This document shows, in pieces, positions 8,009 through 16,658 of a DNA stretch of 32,000 nucleotides (the first letter of the stretch is position 1; every line of letters starts with the position of its first letter). Where the stretch lies: positions 2,310,001 through 2,342,000 of the forward strand of contig CP001848.1 in assembly GCA_000025185.1 (NCBI GenBank). The letters are read 5' to 3'. Below the pieces are notes generated by a model. It did no database searches, was not told where the DNA came from, and saw only the letters and a list, made by a program, of their open reading frames with translations. This DNA comes from Pirellula staleyi DSM 6068. Lineage in GTDB: Bacteria > Planctomycetota > Planctomycetia > Pirellulales > Pirellulaceae. The position numbers were made by a program, and so were the translations under genes.

Positions 8009-9922
8009 ATGCCAAAAGCGAGGACGGGAAGTTTGCGAGCGATCGCAAGCTTCGCGTTGCTGCTAGCGACAAGTTCGCTGGCGGCACAGGATCCGTATGC
8101 GCCGGTGGGTGTGCCAGCGGCATATCCTTCATCGGTCCCGGCACCAACGTTTGGCCTGCCGAATCTGCCAGCAGGTCAAATGCCAGCCCGCGTGCAGCCA
8201 GCACCGTATTCGCCGCCCCATGCTGGTAATTGGGTCGCGCCGCCAACTTACGCGAATCTTCCGCCTCAGCAACCACCTGGGGTGCCACAAAGCGGAACCA
8301 GCTTCGTGCCGCCGCTCCCGGCAGCACAGCCTCCAGTGCCCCCCGGCTATGTTCCCCCACAGCCCCCTCGTAGCACGGTGGTCCAGGCCCCTTACTTCGG
8401 CCAGCAAGCCGCTCAGCCCGTTCTTTCAAGCACGTCGCAACCTGCTGTGCAGCAAACAGTGACCGCACAAGCGGCCCCTTCACAGCCTCCAGCATCTGGC
8501 TGGAAGTCGTGGGTTCCAAAACTCCCTTGGAACCCCTGGAACGACGTTGCTCCGAGCGATACACCGGTGGTGGCCCCACCATCAGCTTCCGACCCCCGCA
8601 GCAGTGCGGCGACAGCAATGCCGGTCCCTGGTCGTCCTGGAACCACCCTGGTTCGCATCCCCGATCCGGTCATTTCCCCCACCGGCGAAATCGTCATGCC
8701 GTCGAGTGTCGGCAGCAACTTCGGTGTGCAGCAAGCTGCTTACAGCGAAGATGTTACGTCAGCCGTCGGCACTGGCCCAGTGCGTAATGCCATCGAATGG
8801 GGAACTGTTCACCCCGCCGGATCGGTCCAGCAGGCGTCGGCCCTCCAGCCAGCCATGATGGGTGAGCCTCTCCCCACACCAGCTGGTATGCCCATGCCAG
8901 GGGGTGATTTCATGATGAACAACAGCTTCGGACAGGGGTACACCACCACCTATCAATCCCAACCCGGAGCACCAGATTCTGCTAGCCCCATATTCGGCGA
9001 TCTCTTGGGCGAGCAAGGCTTTACGGAAACCGCGAGCGATGCCTGGCTCGGAGATTGGTCGGACGGATACTACGGCGATCCGGTGCGTGAAGCGGGCATT
9101 GGACGCGAGCGCGTGCAGGCGGCTCCCTTCGAAATCGATATCGCTCAGCCGCAAGCCAGTTTTACGTTCCGCACCCAAGCTGGTTGGAACGTCGGGTTCC
9201 CCGACCGGTCGGAATACTTTTTCGCTAAACCGGGGCGCGGACCAGCGGCCGACACCGGTGCCGATTTCCAAGACTTCCGTTTTCAGCTCGAGGTGGGTGG
9301 TGGGTCGGCTTCGGTGATTACCGATATTCCGATCCGTGTCCTCGATCCGGAAATCAACCCCAACACAACCGGTATCGGCGACATGTCGACCACCGCCAAG
9401 GTGGTATTGATGCAGGGGGGAGACTGGATGATGACCCAGGTGACCAAAACCACGTTCAACAGTGGTAATGCTCGCAAGGGTTTAGGCACGGGGCACGTCT
9501 CGATCGAGCCCGGTATGCTGTTCCGCTATAACTCGAGCGACATCACCTACTGGCATGGCGAACTGAAGGTCAATTTCCCTATCGCGGGTGACCCAGCCCA
9601 CAGCGGACAAGTTCTGAAGTGGGGCATTGGTGTCAGCCATGTGATCTACGAAACCGATGCCTTTGCCATCATTCCGACGTTTGAGTACACCAACATGTGG
9701 TTCCTCGATGGTGGGCAAACGGTGATCGATCCGCCGCTTCCTAACACCATCATCGATGTCGATGGCGACGGTCTCTCGTACTTCACCGAAGGGGCCCGCC
9801 TCATTTTCGATACCGGTGGAGATCTCGGTTTGATGGAGGTCGGCATCTGTGCTCAGCAGCAGATCGGTTCGCTGGGCTATCTCGATGCGATGCTGAAGTT
9901 CGACCTGCGATTCATCTACTAG
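8009..9922 (+). CDS. Secreted protein: signal peptide, Pro/Gln-rich linker and a C-terminal beta-barrel-like outer-membrane domain
   Basis: I prefer the internal ATG at 8009, giving MPKARTGSLRAIASFALLLATSSLAAQ (Sec signal with an A-A-Q cleavage-like site). About 190 aa of low-complexity Pro-rich sequence follow. The last ~270 aa alternate hydrophobic and polar residues, are Gly/aromatic rich (GLGTGHVSIEPGMLFRY, KWGIGVSHVIYE) and end in an aromatic residue (KFDLRFIY), as in OM barrels. The gene is divergent from tssK. Confidence 0.65.
   Translation: MPKARTGSLRAIASFALLLATSSLAAQDPYAPVGVPAAYPSSVPAPTFGLPNLPAGQMPARVQPAPYSPPHAGNWVAPPTYANLPPQQPPGVPQSGTSFVPPLPAAQPPVPPGYVPPQPPRSTVVQAPYFGQQAAQPVLSSTSQPAVQQTVTAQAAPSQPPASGWKSWVPKLPWNPWNDVAPSDTPVVAPPSASDPRSSAATAMPVPGRPGTTLVRIPDPVISPTGEIVMPSSVGSNFGVQQAAYSEDVTSAVGTGPVRNAIEWGTVHPAGSVQQASALQPAMMGEPLPTPAGMPMPGGDFMMNNSFGQGYTTTYQSQPGAPDSASPIFGDLLGEQGFTETASDAWLGDWSDGYYGDPVREAGIGRERVQAAPFEIDIAQPQASFTFRTQAGWNVGFPDRSEYFFAKPGRGPAADTGADFQDFRFQLEVGGGSASVITDIPIRVLDPEINPNTTGIGDMSTTAKVVLMQGGDWMMTQVTKTTFNSGNARKGLGTGHVSIEPGMLFRYNSSDITYWHGELKVNFPIAGDPAHSGQVLKWGIGVSHVIYETDAFAIIPTFEYTNMWFLDGGQTVIDPPLPNTIIDVDGDGLSYFTEGARLIFDTGGDLGLMEVGICAQQQIGSLGYLDAMLKFDLRFIY
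8087..8668 (+). repeat. Low-complexity Pro/Gln/Ala/Val-rich coding tract (linker) inside the 8009..9922 CDS
   Basis: The translation is dominated by short P-rich motifs (PPQQPPGVPQ, PPLPAAQPPVPPGYVPPQPP, APSQPPASG, VVAPPSASDP) with no exact tandem unit. Confidence 0.6.
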
Positions 9923-10611
9923 TCTCCAGCTAACGAACAGCAACTTGACGCATGGCATTTGATTGCTCAAATCACCACGCGATTTGGTCTGGTTTTGCCA
10001 CTAATGGGGTGGCTGTTCGTGGCCCTTAAGGACCGCTTTCCGGGGCTGCGAAATCGGTGGGATCGATGCTGTGGCAGCGATCGTGCCAATTGAGCGAATT
10101 TTTCGTGATCGCTGCTTGTTTTTGCAACCTGCGAGGTTTAGAAACTAGCGCAGATACGGTCTTTTGCGGCAAATCCCCCTTCCACGTCAACGATGACAGC
10201 TTCGCTTGGAAGCTGCTCCCGGAGGCGTACTTGATCGACATTCTTGGGTGGCATGCAAACATCTGGGGACGCGCCGCAGCAAGGGATTGCGTAGGTTTCA
10301 TAAGGTTTTTTGAGCAGTAAGTGCTGCGACGACTAGGGAAGCTAAGTTGCCCCTGCAAAGGCATCTCGCGAGCGACTCGGTTTCTATTTTTTCCAGAAAC
10401 TTGGTGCACGATTCCCAATAGAACGCGGTGCTCGACGAACCCTGTGTGAACAATTTCTGGACTTCGAAAAAAACCATTTGCTGCGCTCTTGCGTGCCTTA
10501 CGCATAACGTAGAGTTGGTGCCAACGAAGTCTGGGACGACGAGGAATTGCCAGCGACGGATTGCAACTGTGGAGACAGTAAATTCTTGGAAGGGCTAGTG
10601 CCACACCCGAC

Positions 10612-11706
10612 ATGATTAGCAACCTAGATATCGATAAACTCCTCGCGCCAATCTCCGAAGATTCGCCGTGTGGAGAGAACCTTGAGTACGACGCCGACTA
10701 TGCCGAAATGGCAAAGGCAGCCGAAGGAAAAGGGGACCAGCAGTTCGGAAAAACGGTGATTGCCGCCGAAGAACCTGACTGGAAAACCGTTCGTTCCCTC
10801 GCCGTTTCGCTCCTCGGTCGATCAAAAGATCTCCGAATTGCCGACTTCCTGACGCGAGCCTCGATTCGTCTCGATGGCCTCCCAGGACTTCACGGCGGAC
10901 TCTCCGTTATTCACGGTCTCTGCGAGCGATTCTGGCCGACCGTTCACCCGCAACTCGATCCCGACGACGACAACGATCCCACGATCCGCGTCAACACGAT
11001 CGCCACGCTGTGCGATCCCCTCACCACCCTCAAAGCTGTCCGCGAAATGCCGTTTGTGAAGAGCAAACTGGGCATGTTCAGCTACCGCGACCTGCTGGTG
11101 GCTCGTGGCGAAATGCCCCCGCCAGCGTCGGGCAACAAAACAGAAATGTCGTCGCTCGATGCCGCTTTTGCCGAGTGCGACCCGAATCTTTTGCTATCGC
11201 TGGCCGAGAGTGCCAAAGAGTGTTTGCGGCTGTCGATGGGCATCGAAGCTGTCGTGACCGATCAGGTGGGGACGTCGAACGCTCCCAACCTCGAAGACCT
11301 CACCGACATGCTGCGGGGCATCAACAAGCACCTGCAAGATCGTGTCCAGCAGCGCGGGCTCAATAAGCAACCCGAGCCAGAACCGGTGGAAGAGGATGCC
11401 CCGGCGGAGTCGTCCAGCGGATCAACGGCTACAGCTTCAACATCGGCCTCTCAACCTATGCGAATCACTGGCGAAATCAGCAGCCGCGAAGATGTCATTC
11501 GAACGATCGACAAGATCTGCGAATACTACCGCCGCTACGAACCATCGAGCCCTGTCCCGTTGTTTCTGAATCGTGCCAAGCGTTTGGCGTCGAAGAGCTT
11601 TCTCGACATCTTGCGAGATCTCACTCCCGATGCCTTGTCGCAAGCTCTTTCGCTCGGAGGTATCTCCGATGCGAGCGAGTTGCAGGCCGATGACGACGAT
11701 ATGTAA
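10612..11706 (+). CDS. tssA: TssA (ImpA-family) T6SS protein
   Basis: ImpA N-domain opening LLAPISEDSPCGENLEYDADYAEM ... DWKTVRSLAVSLLGRSKDLRIADFLTRA. An acidic/Ser-rich linker follows, then the C-terminal YEPSSPVPLFLNRAKRLASKSFLDILRDLTPD typical of TssA. Confidence 0.85.
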   Translation: MISNLDIDKLLAPISEDSPCGENLEYDADYAEMAKAAEGKGDQQFGKTVIAAEEPDWKTVRSLAVSLLGRSKDLRIADFLTRASIRLDGLPGLHGGLSVIHGLCERFWPTVHPQLDPDDDNDPTIRVNTIATLCDPLTTLKAVREMPFVKSKLGMFSYRDLLVARGEMPPPASGNKTEMSSLDAAFAECDPNLLLSLAESAKECLRLSMGIEAVVTDQVGTSNAPNLEDLTDMLRGINKHLQDRVQQRGLNKQPEPEPVEEDAPAESSSGSTATASTSASQPMRITGEISSREDVIRTIDKICEYYRRYEPSSPVPLFLNRAKRLASKSFLDILRDLTPDALSQALSLGGISDASELQADDDDM

Positions 11707-12100
11707 CGCGACAAAAACAGCGTTGCCGACGTGACAGTTCAGAGAGATGGATCGGACTGATAGAGCCTGCTGAATAGCGTAGAGATCCCATAATCCTGTC
11801 AATGCGAATTACAGGAGCTTGTCGCACAGCTCATGCGAGCGTTATCGCTTGTCTAGCCTGCGAGAGCCCTTGTAGCTTGCAAAGTTGATAGAGGCCTCAG
11901 GTTTTCGCGTGGTTTCCTCGTCGGACGACCCCGGAACTGAGGACTTTAGCGGAATAAAACAACTGATCGTCGGCTGCGGTAACTCGAGCACGATCCAAAA
12001 CATCCATTCTCACGGTCGTGTTGCTAGCGAGCCTAAATACTGGCATAGTTTCGCGCCGATGAGGAGCAGCAAGTCATCCCCCAAGTAAAGGAGCCTTACC

Positions 12101-12613
12101 TTGGCCAAAACCAGCAGCCAGAAGTTCATTGCACGAAACCGTGCCCCTCGCGTGCAGATCGAATACGATGTGGAAGTTTACGGAGCTGAGAAAAAAGTTC
12201 AGCTTCCGTTTGTGATGGGCGTGATGGCCGACTTGTCGGGTAAGCCTGCTGAACCTCTGGCCGCAGTGGCTGATCGCAAGTTCCTCGAGATCGACGTCGA
12301 CAACTTCGACGAACGCCTCAAGAGCATGAAGCCCCGCGTGGCATTCAACGTCCCCAACACCCTCACCGGTGAAGGCAATGTGGCCGTTGATATCACCTTC
12401 GAGAGCATGGACGACTTCTCACCCGCTGCGGTGGCACGCAAGGTGGAAGCGCTCAACAAGCTGCTCGAAACCCGCACGCAGCTGGCCAACCTGCTGACGT
12501 ACATGGACGGCAAGAGTGGCGCCGAAGACCTCATCGGCAAGGTCCTCAAAGATCCTTCGCTGTTGCAAGCTCTGGCCTCGGCTCCCAAGCCGGAAGCCCC
12601 CGCTGCTGAATAA
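12101..12613 (+). CDS. tssB: TssB (VipA) small sheath subunit
   Basis: RAPRVQIEYDVEVYGAEKKVQLPFVMGVMADLSG and ITFESMDDFSPAAVARKVEALNKLLE are hallmark TssB segments. The start is TTG, with AAAGGAG 8 nt upstream. Confidence 0.92.
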   Translation: MAKTSSQKFIARNRAPRVQIEYDVEVYGAEKKVQLPFVMGVMADLSGKPAEPLAAVADRKFLEIDVDNFDERLKSMKPRVAFNVPNTLTGEGNVAVDITFESMDDFSPAAVARKVEALNKLLETRTQLANLLTYMDGKSGAEDLIGKVLKDPSLLQALASAPKPEAPAAE

Positions 12614-12700
12614 TTCCCTGCAAGGCGTTGGTGGCTCGCGTCGAGCCCCCGCTGTTGCTCCACAATTCAAAGCCTTCCACTTCCGGTCGGAGTATTCAAG

Positions 12701-14200
12701 ATGTCGATGGATCCCAGTTTGCAGTCAGCCCAGCAAGGTGCCGAAACCACCTTCGCTTCGAGCGATTTTTCGTCGCTCCTCCAAAAAGAATTCAAACCCA
12801 AGAGCGATCGTGCTAAGGAAGCCGTTGAGTCGGCTGTAAAGACCTTGGCTCAGCAAGCTCTCGAAGGGACCGCTGTTGTTTCCGACGACGCGATCAAGAC
12901 GATCCAGGCCATCATCGCCTCGATCGATCAGAAGCTCTCGGAACAGGTCAACCTGATTCTGCACAACCCTGATTTTCAGCAGCTCGAAGGTGCCTGGCGT
13001 GGTTTGCACTACCTCGTCAACAACACCGAAACCGACGAAATGCTGAAGATCCGCGTCTTCAACATCTCGAAGAAAGAACTCGGCAAGACGCTCAAGAAGT
13101 TCAAGGGAACGGCTTGGGATCAGAGCCCGATCTTCAAGAAGATGTATGAAGAAGAATACGGCCAATTCGGTGGCGAGCCCTACGGCTGCCTCGTGGGTGA
13201 TTATCACTTCGATCACAGCCCACCCGATGTCGAATTGCTCGGCGAAATCTCGAAGGTTTGCGCCGCTGCTCACGCTCCGTTCATCGCCGGTGCTTCCCCC
13301 ACGCTCATGCAAATGGATTCGTGGCAGGAACTCTCGAACCCTCGCGATCTGACCAAGATCTTCGGCACCGCCGAATACGCTCCTTGGCGTTCGCTCCGCG
13401 AATCGGACGATTCACGCTACATCGGCCTAGCGATGCCACGCTTCCTCTCGCGATTGCCTTACGGCGCGAAGACCGACCCAGTCTCGGAATTCGACTTCGA
13501 AGAGGATGTCGAGAACGCTGATCACAGCAAGTACACCTGGTCGAACGCTGCTTACGCGATGGCCACGAACATCAACCGTTCGTTCAAGCTCTACGGCTGG
13601 TGCTCGCGTATTCGCGGTATCGAATCGGGCGGTGCCGTGGAAGGCTTGCCTTGCCATACGTTCCCCACCGACGACGGTGGCGTGGACATGAAGTGCCCCA
13701 CCGAAATCGCGATCAGCGACCGCCGCGAAGCGGAACTCGCCAAAAACGGTTTCATGCCACTCGTGCACAAGAAGAACTCGGACTTCGCCGCGTTCATTGG
13801 TGCTCAGTCGCTCCAGAAGCCACAGGAATACGACGATCCCGATGCCACGGCCAACGCCAACCTGTCGGCCCGTCTCCCTTACTTGTTTGCCACTTGCCGC
13901 TTCGCTCACTATCTCAAGTGCATCGTTCGCGACAAACTGGGTTCATTCAAAGAAAAGGAAGACATGCAGGGTTGGCTCAACCGCTGGGTGTCGAACTACA
14001 TCGAATACAACCCGAAGCTCGCTTCGGAAGAAGACAAAGCTCGCCGCCCACTCGCTGCAGCTGAAGTGACCGTCGAAGAAGTGGAAGGTAACCCAGGTTA
14101 CTACTCTTCGAAGATGTTCCTCCGCCCCCACTACCAGCTGGAAGGTTTGACCGTGTCGCTGCGACTCGTGTCGAAACTCCCATCGGGCAAGGGTGGTTAG
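12701..14200 (+). CDS. tssC: TssC (VipB) large sheath subunit
   Basis: 499 aa with WRGLHYLV, HAPFIAGASP, YAPWRSLRESDDSRYIGLAMPRFLSRLPYG and FAHYLKCIVRDKLGSF, which are typical TssC blocks. It lies directly downstream of tssB. Confidence 0.93.
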   Translation: MSMDPSLQSAQQGAETTFASSDFSSLLQKEFKPKSDRAKEAVESAVKTLAQQALEGTAVVSDDAIKTIQAIIASIDQKLSEQVNLILHNPDFQQLEGAWRGLHYLVNNTETDEMLKIRVFNISKKELGKTLKKFKGTAWDQSPIFKKMYEEEYGQFGGEPYGCLVGDYHFDHSPPDVELLGEISKVCAAAHAPFIAGASPTLMQMDSWQELSNPRDLTKIFGTAEYAPWRSLRESDDSRYIGLAMPRFLSRLPYGAKTDPVSEFDFEEDVENADHSKYTWSNAAYAMATNINRSFKLYGWCSRIRGIESGGAVEGLPCHTFPTDDGGVDMKCPTEIAISDRREAELAKNGFMPLVHKKNSDFAAFIGAQSLQKPQEYDDPDATANANLSARLPYLFATCRFAHYLKCIVRDKLGSFKEKEDMQGWLNRWVSNYIEYNPKLASEEDKARRPLAAAEVTVEEVEGNPGYYSSKMFLRPHYQLEGLTVSLRLVSKLPSGKGG

Positions 14201-14305
14201 TAGCGAAAGTCTCCACCAGATCAAGCGGCGGCGCGGCCCACAAAGGCACGCCGCTCGTAAGCTCTGCTGGTGACTGGCAATCGAAGCGGATCAAACGAAC
14301 AAAGT

Positions 14306-14353
14306 CGCGGAGTCGGAGGGTTCCATCCTGAAAACTCCCTCCGCGATTTTTTT
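14306..14353 (+). terminator. Rho-independent terminator downstream of tssC
   Basis: CGCGGAG(tc)GGAG pairs with CTCC-CTCCGCG, giving 11 GC-rich bp with a 2-nt bulge. It is followed by A plus a run of seven T (14347-14353), about 105 nt after the tssC stop. Confidence 0.7.
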
Positions 14354-14880
14354 CGAATGGGGCCTGCCAGGGATGTGCTCATCACCTGTTAGGCCAAGGA
14401 TTAGGATGCTTGTCCACGGAGCGGCACTCCCAGCGGATGGGGTTTCACCGGAGGAGAGGCGAACCAGATTTCCTGAAAGATTTGGTTCTGGAAGGTGAGT
14501 AGGGCGGGGCATGTGTGAAACACAGCCTGTGGCAAATTGCCAACGGCTGATGGGCTTTTGCAGCAACCTCGAGCACTGCTCGCCAGTGGTTTTCGAACGA
14601 TGGGGTTAATTTTCCCCAAGAAAACGATTCCCCAGGTAGTAATCTCCCTCACGACTTGGCAGAATTTTCGAAAATCGTTCCAAGGAATCAAAAAAGTCGG
14701 CGAATACGTTGCGTCTGATCTGGCCACAAGCGGAGAAGAGGCAGCAAATTCCAAGACGGATTTAGATCAGAAATCAAACTGCAGCGGTGCTGGTGATCGT
14801 GCTCACACGGCCCGCTGCCATCGTAGTAATTCGTGGGCAAAACAGTTTTCTGTCTCGCATTGAACTAAAGGAACGTTCGC

Positions 14881-15381
14881 ATGATTCTGCTCAAACTTGA
14901 TGGTGTTACCGGCGACTCGCAGATCCCAGGTTACGAAGACTGGATTGCCTGCACCAGCTGCAGCTGGAACATTGAACGTACGTTTTCGGAATCGGCCAAG
15001 GCTGGTACCCTCGACGTGAACGTCGGTGTTGCTGAAATCCCACCAATTACCCTCGGCAAGTCGTTTGACGTGGCGAGCGTCTACCTGATGCAAAACGCCA
15101 TCGCTGGCGGTGCTCTGGGAACCGCTGCTCAGATCCACTTCCTCAGCACTTCGGGTACCGAAGGCACTGGCGCTATCTACCTCGAATACAAACTGTTCAA
15201 TCCGATTGTGGCCAGCTGGAGCATCAGCGGCGACGAAGATGAACGTCCGACGGAAGAAGTGACCCTGTGGTACTGGAAGATTTGGATGCAGTACTACGCC
15301 TCGACCGACGGTAAGAACTACGTCGGTAAGGGTAACAAGGGTTGGGATCGTACCAAGAACAAGTCGTGGGACGGCAAGTAA
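14881..15381 (+). CDS. hcp: Hcp (TssD) tube protein
   Basis: 166 aa. MILLKLDGVTGDSQIPGYEDWIACTSCSWNI matches the Hcp opening (F/LKIDGI.GES......WIE..SFSW.). AAAGGA lies upstream of the ATG. It sits in the tssC/tagJ neighbourhood. Confidence 0.88.
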   Translation: MILLKLDGVTGDSQIPGYEDWIACTSCSWNIERTFSESAKAGTLDVNVGVAEIPPITLGKSFDVASVYLMQNAIAGGALGTAAQIHFLSTSGTEGTGAIYLEYKLFNPIVASWSISGDEDERPTEEVTLWYWKIWMQYYASTDGKNYVGKGNKGWDRTKNKSWDGK

Positions 15382-15410
15382 TTTGCCCCTCCCCGATAGG
15401 CAGCGGGTTC

Positions 15411-15436
15411 TCTCGGGAAGCCCACGTTTCCCGAGA
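15411..15436 (+). other. Stem-loop 30 nt after the hcp stop (9-11 bp)
   Basis: TCTCGGGAA (15411-15419) pairs with TTCCCGAGA (15428-15436). There is no U-tract afterwards. Confidence 0.5.
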
Positions 15437-15487
15437 TCTCTGCTGCCAATCAGTGTCAGATTTCGGCTGACTGGACGAGTGGCTATC

Positions 15488-15515
15488 GCAGCGTGAGCGT
15501 TTTTTGCTCCGCTGC
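15488..15515 (+). other. Stem-loop in the hcp-tagJ spacer (10 bp, one bulge, U-rich loop)
   Basis: GCAGCG(t)GAGC - GTTTTTT - GCTCCGCTGC. Confidence 0.45.
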
Positions 15516-15561
15516 TGGATGACAGCTCGACGCCGAATCTAGCGACCTTCGCTCGAGAATA

Positions 15562-15596
15562 TCGCCTGCCAGTTCCAACTCGGAGTTGGCAGGCGA
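15562..15596 (+). other. Long stem-loop or palindrome in the hcp-tagJ spacer (15 bp including 2 G-U, 5-nt loop)
   Basis: TCGCCTGCCAGTTCC - AACTC - GGAGTTGGCAGGCGA. No U-tract follows, so it is not a classical terminator. Confidence 0.55.
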
Positions 15597-15716
15597 CAAC
15601 TCTCCTGGATCCTTCAGCGTGCTGCACGAAGCGCACGTCAGTCGAGCCTCTGCGATACTTCCATCGCTGGCTTGTCATCAACATGATTATTACGCTGATT
15701 TACTTCGCGAGAGAAA

Positions 15717-16658
15717 GTGAGCCCTTCGGTGGACGCCCTCAGTACCCTTCGCGATGGCAATCTCGACACCGCTCTAGCCGAATTGAGCCAGAAAATCCGC
15801 AGCAATCCGGGTGATCCCAAGCTGCGAGTTTTTCTCTTTCAGTTGCTTTGCGTTCAAGGCCAATGGGATCGCGCTCTCACGCAACTCGGCGTCTCGGGCG
15901 ATATGGACCCGATCGCGATGCCGATGGTGCAGACCTATCGGGAAGCGATTCGCTGCGAACTTTTGCGAAGCGACATTTTCACCGGCAAACGCACACCGCT
16001 GATCTTCGGCGAACCGGAGGAATGGATCGCGCTGCTGATGCAGTCGCTCGAGCAAACGGCGAAGGGTCACATCGCTGAGGGGGAAACGCTCCGCCAACAA
16101 GCGTTCGAGCTCGCTCCCGTCACTTCCGGCGTGATCAAAACGGCGAATCGAGTTCCCGAAGGGGAGAGCGAGTCGTTCACCGAAACCCCGTTTGAATGGC
16201 TCTCGGACGCCGATTCGCGTCTCGGTCCGATCATCGAAGCGATCGTGAACGGCCGCTATTACTGGATTCCTCTGCATCGCATTCGCCGCATCGATGTCGA
16301 GAAACCCGAGGATTTGCGCGACTACGTTTGGACGCCGGTCCATTTCCAGTGGGCCAATGGTGGTGAAGTGGTGGGGCTCGTCCCCACACGCTATCCGCTG
16401 ACCTTCAACAGCACCGATCCACTGCTGAAGCTCTCGCGCAAGACTGAGTGGAACGAAATTGCCGAAGGGGTTTACCACGGCCTCGGGCAACGAATGCTCA
16501 CCACCGATGCCGGCGACTATGCTCTGATGGATGTGCGACAAATTCGCCTCGATGTGGCTCTCGATGCGTCGATGAAGAGCCCTGAAGAAGCGGTCGCCCT
16601 CGACGTTTCGCCAGAACTACGGGCCGGTAGCGTCGACGGAGAGTCCACGGATGGCTGA
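15717..16658 (+). CDS. tagJ: TagJ / ImpE (SciE)-family T6SS accessory protein
   Basis: N-terminal TPR-like LRDGNLDTALAELSQKIRSNPGDPKLRVFLFQLLCVQGQWDRALTQL and C-terminal GRYYWIPLHRIRRIDVEKPEDLRDYVWTPV match the ImpE family. The GTG start is uncertain. The stop overlaps the tssE start (ATGGCTGA). Confidence 0.8.
   Translation: MSPSVDALSTLRDGNLDTALAELSQKIRSNPGDPKLRVFLFQLLCVQGQWDRALTQLGVSGDMDPIAMPMVQTYREAIRCELLRSDIFTGKRTPLIFGEPEEWIALLMQSLEQTAKGHIAEGETLRQQAFELAPVTSGVIKTANRVPEGESESFTETPFEWLSDADSRLGPIIEAIVNGRYYWIPLHRIRRIDVEKPEDLRDYVWTPVHFQWANGGEVVGLVPTRYPLTFNSTDPLLKLSRKTEWNEIAEGVYHGLGQRMLTTDAGDYALMDVRQIRLDVALDASMKSPEEAVALDVSPELRAGSVDGESTDG

Noticed and set aside
10026-10622. 198-aa minus-strand ORF filling the tssA upstream spacer.
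   Set aside because: The translation is Arg/Ser/Lys-rich and junk-like, with no signal or TM pattern or motif. Its start overlaps the tssA start. It is most likely non-coding.
12041-12055. Sigma54-like TGGCAT-AGTT-TCGC, 46 nt upstream of the tssB TTG start. A similar TGGCAT-TTGA-TTGC lies at 9953..9966.
   Set aside because: The GG-to-GC spacing is N9 rather than the strictly conserved N10, so these are probably chance matches.
14401-14863. ORFs of 117 aa (minus) and 108 aa (plus) in the tssC-hcp spacer, considered as a possible missing small T6SS gene such as tssJ or PAAR.
   Set aside because: Neither has a lipobox, signal peptide or PAAR-like Gly/Cys pattern. Start contexts are poor, they overlap each other, and codon usage is unconvincing.
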